DNA of 57,418 nucleotides. It comes from Candidatus Woesebacteria bacterium RIFCSPHIGHO2_01_FULL_38_10. GTDB lineage: Bacteria > Patescibacteriota > Microgenomatia > UBA8517. Shown in pieces: positions 52,006 through 57,418 of the stretch. The position numbers and the translations under genes were made by a program. The stretch is from contig MGGC01000040.1 in assembly GCA_001792215.1 (NCBI GenBank), positions 3,653-61,070 on the forward strand, written 5' to 3'. The notes beneath the pieces are model-generated. The model made no database searches, was not told the DNA's origin, and saw nothing but the letters and a program-made list of their open reading frames with translations. How positions within the stretch are numbered: the stretch's first letter is position 1; every line of letters begins with the position of its first letter.

Positions 52006-53129
52006 TTTAGGAAAGGAAGCAGATTTTCTCTATACATCAAGTTCCAATCAAACTTTTCCACATACTCTTTAGCGTTTTTGCTTAAGGTTTTTATTAGATT
52101 CTTGTTTTTTGAAAACTTCTGCATGGCTTCAAATAGCTGACGCTTACTATTGTAAACATAACCCAACTTATATTTCCGGACGTCTCCAGAAATCTCCGGA
52201 ACGCTAGATATAATAACCGGCATTCCGCAAGCAAGATATTCTTTAACTTTAAGAGGGCTTGCGTACTTAGTCCAACCTTCAGACTCGTTATATGAAGCAA
52301 TACCAACCCCACCGTTCTTTACTAAAAATCTTAGGGCCTTGTCGTGTTCCAATCTTCCTAGAAGATATACCCTATTTTCAAGATTGTTTTCTTTAACAAA
52401 AGTTCTAATTTTTTCTTCCTTGCTTCCTGTTCCCAAAAATGCAAGTTTCACTCTCCTGAAACTTTTAGCTATTTTGCTAAATACATGCAAAAGCTCAATC
52501 ACACCATGGGTTTCAGATAAAGTTCCAAGATAAACAAAGTCGAAGATGATTCTTTTTTTAAGTCTAGGAATAAGACCTAAGTCAACTCCGTTTGGTATCA
52601 CCAACGATTTTCGTTTGTTGAGGCCTAATGAGATTCTTCTTTCTTCTGCTCTTTTAGTATTACTGATAACTAAATCGGAAATTCTTAAGGCTACCAGTTC
52701 AACCATTCTATATACGATATTCATAATAGAATTTTTGAATCTTTCATCAGCATAGTCTGATCCGTAATAAATAACGCGTTTTATCTTCCAACCCTTAAAA
52801 AAAATAGCTGGAAAAGTATCAAAGTTATCAAGGCCAATATAGTTATCAACTTTCCCGCAAGTTGTAGCAATTTCATATATGGTGATCAGTGCATTTCTAA
52901 ATAATCGTACAACCGTTTCTCCCTTTTTCTTGTAATTTTTCACTGTTTTAGATTTTTTCATATTCGAATACTGCTCTACAACCGTTTCTTCCAACTTAGT
53001 TCCAAGCATCGGGTGAAAGACAACTTTTATATATGTGTCAGGAATTGCTACCAAAAAATCCCTAAGATGCTGTCCCGGACCCACAATTTCGCTTACATGT
53101 CCAACCAACAAAGTCTTTTTTGTGTTCAT
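52002..53129 (-). CDS. GT4 glycosyltransferase
   Basis: 375 aa. C-terminal ASPLKVKEYLACGMPVIIS. ATGA overlaps on both sides. Confidence 0.75.
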   Translation of the reverse strand: MNTKKTLLVGHVSEIVGPGQHLRDFLVAIPDTYIKVVFHPMLGTKLEETVVEQYSNMKKSKTVKNYKKKGETVVRLFRNALITIYEIATTCGKVDNYIGLDNFDTFPAIFFKGWKIKRVIYYGSDYADERFKNSIMNIVYRMVELVALRISDLVISNTKRAEERRISLGLNKRKSLVIPNGVDLGLIPRLKKRIIFDFVYLGTLSETHGVIELLHVFSKIAKSFRRVKLAFLGTGSKEEKIRTFVKENNLENRVYLLGRLEHDKALRFLVKNGGVGIASYNESEGWTKYASPLKVKEYLACGMPVIISSVPEISGDVRKYKLGYVYNSKRQLFEAMQKFSKNKNLIKTLSKNAKEYVEKFDWNLMYRENLLPFLK

Positions 53130-53980
53130 AGGCCTAAAATTCCTTTCAATCTCGCCATCGCTAAACCGAAAACCACAGCCATAAGTTCAACAGATTTCAT
53201 AATAATAAGGCCCATGCCCAATATTGGATACTTTACAAACTTATTAACATTCCTAAAGTAAGCAGGTCTAAAAAGTGTATTCGCTTGTTTGAATGCGTGG
53301 TCTCTATGCTTGGAGATAAAAACACCTACTGTTTTTCCGTAAAAATACTTTTTTTTCATTGTTTTAAGTAAACTTAACTTTCCCTCATTATGATAGACAG
53401 GAGATTTGATCCTCCCGATTTTATAGCCGGCCTCTTTTACTTTTAGATGAATGTCTTTGTCCTCAGATGCAACCATAGTTTTATCGTGACCACCCACGTC
53501 CCAATAAGCTTTCTTCGAAAAAAACCTCGCCGATTCCATCAGATCGTCTCCAATATACAATGACCTCTCAAAAGCTTTAACCTTTGCCCAAAAACCCTCC
53601 CCATATGAAACTTCAGAAATAATAAGGGCGTCATAACCTTTTTTCATTTTTTCAACACACTCTCCCAAAACCTTGGGGTGTAAAGACATGTCCGCATCAA
53701 GATGGTAAAGATCATCTCCTTTTGCAACTTTCGCTCCTTCCCTTCGACCTTGAGCCATCATTTTGTTTTTTTTGATATAGTTTATTTCTAATTTTTTGGA
53801 ATAGTCCTTAATAACTTTTGGTGTGTCATCAGAAGTCGATAAGTCATCATTAATAATAACTTCAAAGTTTTTGTAGGTTTGGAGAGTCAAAGACTTAAAA
53901 AACAGTTTCAAATGCTCTCCTGCATTTTTAGTAGGAATTATCAATGAAATTAAAATGGCTTTCATAAGATGATCTTTCAA
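53126..53980 (-). CDS. GT2 glycosyltransferase
   Basis: 284 aa. ISLIIPTKN, INDDLSTSDDT, HLDADM. Confidence 0.8.
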   Translation of the reverse strand: MKDHLMKAILISLIIPTKNAGEHLKLFFKSLTLQTYKNFEVIINDDLSTSDDTPKVIKDYSKKLEINYIKKNKMMAQGRREGAKVAKGDDLYHLDADMSLHPKVLGECVEKMKKGYDALIISEVSYGEGFWAKVKAFERSLYIGDDLMESARFFSKKAYWDVGGHDKTMVASEDKDIHLKVKEAGYKIGRIKSPVYHNEGKLSLLKTMKKKYFYGKTVGVFISKHRDHAFKQANTLFRPAYFRNVNKFVKYPILGMGLIIMKSVELMAVVFGLAMARLKGILGL

Positions 53981-54357
53981 AAACTATCTTTTTCAGAAAG
54001 AATAAACGTAATAACAGCAGTTAACAATAATACGTACAATAAACTCCCCAAGAATTCATAACTCTGGGAACCCAGAAAGGTAAAAAGCGGCATTGTAATA
54101 ATAAAAGCAAGAATCACCTTTGTCTGCAAAAAGTGATTAATTCTAAAAAAAAATATACCTACCATCCATACAAGCAATATCTTTACGAAAAAATTTTGCA
54201 CAAGAAGATTTACATAGGGAAGTTCTGTAACAATATTAAATATAAAAAAGAGAACAATAAGTTGCATGAGGATTTCTAACGATCTTTTCCTTATAACTCT
54301 TTTGATATTTTTCTCAATTTTTGGCAGCATAGGATTTTCTTCTAAAGTAAAGAACAA
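53977..54357 (-). CDS. Small polytopic membrane protein (about 100-126 aa, start uncertain)
   Basis: 3-4 hydrophobic segments. Lies between the giant membrane protein gene and a GT2 gene, with overlapping junctions. Confidence 0.45.
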   Translation of the reverse strand: MFFTLEENPMLPKIEKNIKRVIRKRSLEILMQLIVLFFIFNIVTELPYVNLLVQNFFVKILLVWMVGIFFFRINHFLQTKVILAFIITMPLFTFLGSQSYEFLGSLLYVLLLTAVITFILSEKDSF

Positions 54358-57300
54358 AAATTACAATTGGCAGAATTACTAAACTTATTCCGCTTGCTAG
54401 CGCCCCTCTGTAAAAAAGAATCTGAGGTTCATATTCAACAATAAAGTTTGTCTCTTTTCCTTCCAACACCCACGAATTGTTATATCCATTATTAAGAAAG
54501 TGGCTTAATTCAGATGTATCGCGTTTACGATTAATCAAGTCAAGAAGATTTACCTCGGGATTTAATCCATATTCTTCTGTGTTATAGCTACTACCTAAAA
54601 TAAACTTCTCGTCAAACACTGCCTCCAGGTCTTTTATATCAACTGGTCTCAACTTCCAACCGTCATCAAACCGTTGACCAAAATTAAGAAAAGATGTATT
54701 TGTGTTCCCTTTTATCGATACAAGGTATTTTGTTTGGTTTATTCGAATAAACTTTATTTCTTGTGACAAGGGAGTTTTTCTCTCACTTGCAGAAATAAAA
54801 AACACATCTGGTCTGCTTTTTCCAATAACTTCTAATCCATCGACCTTTACCAGAGAATTTTCAATACTATTCGAATTAACACAAAACTTAAGTTTAAACT
54901 TTTGTGTATATTTATCAGGTTGAAATTCTGCCTCAAACCTGCTCCATGAAGAGTCTCTTTTTAAAAGGGAATTGACACGGTAGGTCGGGCGTTTGTTTAA
55001 GTTTATGGTATCTACGTCTTGTTCAACCAGAAAACGTATTATTGGTTCTCCAATTTCAGTTCGATAAAGAAATGACACTTTATATTTTATATCTGAACTC
55101 AAATCATTCATTTCAAAATCCCGACAGGTGAGACTACTTTGGGAAGAAAGCAGATCAAACTGAGACGGAACGGAATGTTGAAGTAAAACCGTTTCTTCAA
55201 AAGGAATCTTAATTTTGTGGGTCCCTTTTTCAAACCAAATTTTGCCAAAACTCATCCACTCATCGGCTGTTTTTGTTACCTTTGTTGCAACTTCACCTTG
55301 ATCTATGGTAATAACTTGTGAATCAGGATAGGAAGAAACAAAATTTTTGTTGAAATAAAGCATAATTTGATATTCGGCGGGAAACGGAATGTTAACATCA
55401 AAAGAATGTTTATCTATAATTTCCTCTTTTTCCCTAGGAATTGATAGACTGGCAAGTCTCCACTGTAAATCCAAAAACTTTGACTTAAGATCTTGACTGT
55501 CAGTCGACTGCTCCCAGGTGATAAGATTTCTGTCATTATATTTGTAGTAGGATGAGACCCTGTTAATGTAAAAGTTTTGTCGTTGTTGATCAGGAATAGA
55601 ATAAATTAGAGCAGCTATTTTAGCAAAATTTTCATAAATATCTTCAAGAATAATTATAATAAGAGCAGGTTCCTTTTTCTGTTTTAGTATTCCTTGAATT
55701 AGCACCTGTTTTTTTAGTACATTTCCCAGCAGGTAGTCTATATGTTGCTCGGGGTTGGGAAACATAACCTCTTTTCTTTCTTCCCGAATAGCCTCTAGAT
55801 AATACAAGAATCGGGAATTGGGCAAAATGCGCATGCGGGGCGTTTCAACAACTGTCTGAATTGGAAAACATAAAGTACAAATACCTTTAACAACATTGTT
55901 AGTGACATACTTTTGCGGTAATTCGTACTTAAGCATAGATTCTGTTATAAAAAATGAGTCCAGAAGTTCTATCTGGGGATTACCCACAATTTTGTTAAAA
56001 TCGGCCATAGAAATATCAAGAAAGCTATTTTGGGACGACAGATAAAAAAGTGGGTAAGGTTCTTGTTCTTTAAATTTGTAGACAATCCATTTTTCAAACT
56101 CCTTAATTTTTTCAAATTTTGAATTGTCCTCTATCGAATTTATAATTTTTTGTGGACTATACGACCCATTCGCGGAAGCCGAAAAATCTTTCCTGACTAA
56201 AATATAGTGAATCCCTAAATATTTGGCGATATCAAAGTTCTTGTTAAATCCCAAATCATCATAGAGCGTTCTTACCAGCTCTTGTTCACTTCCTTTTAAA
56301 TAGGCGTCGTTTGCAACTACCGATTTGTTAGTAAGAATTGTAGGGATAGTAGATAAGCTAAAATATCTCCAATCATAGATTTCATATCTTGTATTCGGAT
56401 CAATATCGGGGGCAAGAAGAACCCTTTTACTTGAACCAGAAGTCTCATCAATCCACTTTTTAAAATCAAACAAATAGTTTGGGACTTGAAGCATTGTGGA
56501 GTAACTTTTTGACCAATGAAAAAATCCTCCAGTAAAGTAAGGATAATTATACAAAGACCATATAGCTATAAAGAGCATAAACCCTGACAGAGCTAAAAAA
56601 CGTTGAATCTTAAATATAATACGAACTTTTTTTAAACTATTGACTATATGAAAGAGTGTATAAGCAATGAGAAAGGAATAGGAAAACCATACAATAACTC
56701 CGAACTTATAAAATGGAGTTCGGAGGATTGAAAAGCCAGGGACACGGAGCAATAGCAAATCATAGATAATACCACTTGGCCTATGACTACCCGCAGCAAA
56801 AAATATTCCAACTAAACAAAGAAGAGTAAAAAAAACAACGTAAACTTTGTCTTTGTTTGAAGAAGTCTTTCGCAAGAACAAAAAAGACGAGAATGCCAAA
56901 AACGGCCAAAGAAAACTTAAAAATACAAATAAAGGGTTATAGAGAAAAGTCTTAGAGTACGGATGTTCCAAGTTATCATACCAATCAGGTATCCCTTGCA
57001 ATCTAAAAAGATTAGTAAAACTAGTGTTTTTGCTAATCTCCCGACTCCAGGAAATCGCCCCCTCTACACCCCCTGCCGCTCCAACCCGGGAGGCAAAGCT
57101 CTGAGAGAAATAAAGGAAAAGAGGCACAATCCAATAAAGATTTAGAAAAATAAATGATATTAATGCTGCCAGAGAAAAAATCAGAGCTCGCACAATTTTT
57201 CTAAATATATTCTTTCTATTTGCCCGTAGCAGAGTAAAATAGGAAACTGCAAAACCAGCCACAATTCCCAAACCAGCGTAAAAAGGTATACCTGGACCTG

Positions 57301-57418
57301 CATTAAAGAAAAATAGTGTTAAACCTACCAACAATGCATTTATGAGAAAAGACCGTCCCTCAGAAAGGGCGCTTATTGTGAAAAGAGTTATCAAGGGTAA
57401 AGAAACCGCTGCTGAAAA
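54314..57418 (-). CDS. Giant polytopic membrane protein (GT-C-like, DUF3367/AftD-type architecture), 5'-truncated by the window edge
   Basis: The frame stays open from the track start (TTG at 57394) to position 57418, so the N-terminus probably lies outside the window. More than 1026 aa, with multiple TM segments, a ~650-aa soluble domain and a terminal TM ISLVILPIVIFVLYF. Paralogous to the 43445..46330 protein. Confidence 0.8.
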   Translation of the reverse strand, partial: FSAAVSLPLITLFTISALSEGRSFLINALLVGLTLFFFNAGPGIPFYAGLGIVAGFAVSYFTLLRANRKNIFRKIVRALIFSLAALISFIFLNLYWIVPLFLYFSQSFASRVGAAGGVEGAISWSREISKNTSFTNLFRLQGIPDWYDNLEHPYSKTFLYNPLFVFLSFLWPFLAFSSFLFLRKTSSNKDKVYVVFFTLLCLVGIFFAAGSHRPSGIIYDLLLLRVPGFSILRTPFYKFGVIVWFSYSFLIAYTLFHIVNSLKKVRIIFKIQRFLALSGFMLFIAIWSLYNYPYFTGGFFHWSKSYSTMLQVPNYLFDFKKWIDETSGSSKRVLLAPDIDPNTRYEIYDWRYFSLSTIPTILTNKSVVANDAYLKGSEQELVRTLYDDLGFNKNFDIAKYLGIHYILVRKDFSASANGSYSPQKIINSIEDNSKFEKIKEFEKWIVYKFKEQEPYPLFYLSSQNSFLDISMADFNKIVGNPQIELLDSFFITESMLKYELPQKYVTNNVVKGICTLCFPIQTVVETPRMRILPNSRFLYYLEAIREERKEVMFPNPEQHIDYLLGNVLKKQVLIQGILKQKKEPALIIIILEDIYENFAKIAALIYSIPDQQRQNFYINRVSSYYKYNDRNLITWEQSTDSQDLKSKFLDLQWRLASLSIPREKEEIIDKHSFDVNIPFPAEYQIMLYFNKNFVSSYPDSQVITIDQGEVATKVTKTADEWMSFGKIWFEKGTHKIKIPFEETVLLQHSVPSQFDLLSSQSSLTCRDFEMNDLSSDIKYKVSFLYRTEIGEPIIRFLVEQDVDTINLNKRPTYRVNSLLKRDSSWSRFEAEFQPDKYTQKFKLKFCVNSNSIENSLVKVDGLEVIGKSRPDVFFISASERKTPLSQEIKFIRINQTKYLVSIKGNTNTSFLNFGQRFDDGWKLRPVDIKDLEAVFDEKFILGSSYNTEEYGLNPEVNLLDLINRKRDTSELSHFLNNGYNNSWVLEGKETNFIVEYEPQILFYRGALASGISLVILPIVIFVLYFRRKSYAAKN

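Noticed and set aside
1-57418. Alternative genetic code (UGA recoding, as in some candidate phyla).
   Set aside because: Long ORFs close cleanly with TGA (several ATGA overlaps use it as the stop), and the family motifs are uninterrupted under the standard bacterial code.

Overview
AT-rich 57.4-kb bacterial chromosomal window. Every credible gene except one (asnB-like, 38122..40038) is on the minus strand. Many junctions are 4-nt ATGA start/stop overlaps, so the window reads as a few long operons transcribed right to left.

Three blocks:
(i) 339..11557 is a non-canonical dcw/peptidoglycan-precursor operon: mraZ-rsmH-ftsL-ftsI-murA-murE::glmU(N-domain)-murC-murB::murD. It holds two gene fusions and is preceded by an MraZ-operator-like array of three TGGT boxes at 10-bp spacing.
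(ii) 11744..15590 holds housekeeping and unknown genes: a membrane-anchored hypothetical, glyQS, a DUF2130-like nuclease-fold protein and a short recO.
(iii) 15593..57418 is a ~42-kb surface-glycan island. It encodes a DUF4012-like protein, a phosphoglycosyl transferase, a manC-like enzyme, 6 intact GT4 plus 1 decayed GT4, 7 GT2, 3 ArnT/PMT-type GT-C proteins, Wzx-like and Wzy/ligase-like proteins, an acetyltransferase, a DedA/TVP38 protein, an AsnB-type amidotransferase and 4 SAM methyltransferases. It also encodes three giant polytopic membrane proteins (779, 961 and >1026 aa), two of them clearly paralogous.

Structure not explained by genes:
- A MITE-like repeat family with termini cACAAGTTTC...GAAACTTGT and copies of 214, 191, 80 and 44 nt. 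Two copies carry 6-bp target-site duplications. Copies sit at operon or cassette boundaries and inside the decayed GT4 gene.
- A second ~55-nt hairpin repeat family, with one copy inside an intact GT4 reading frame.
- A GC-rich double-hairpin in-frame insertion in rsmH.

Gene content, fusions and AT-richness suggest a reduced-genome uncultivated lineage (CPR/Patescibacteria-like); this is inference only. No rRNA, tRNA or CRISPR array was seen. All family assignments come from reading motifs in the translations, not from searches.
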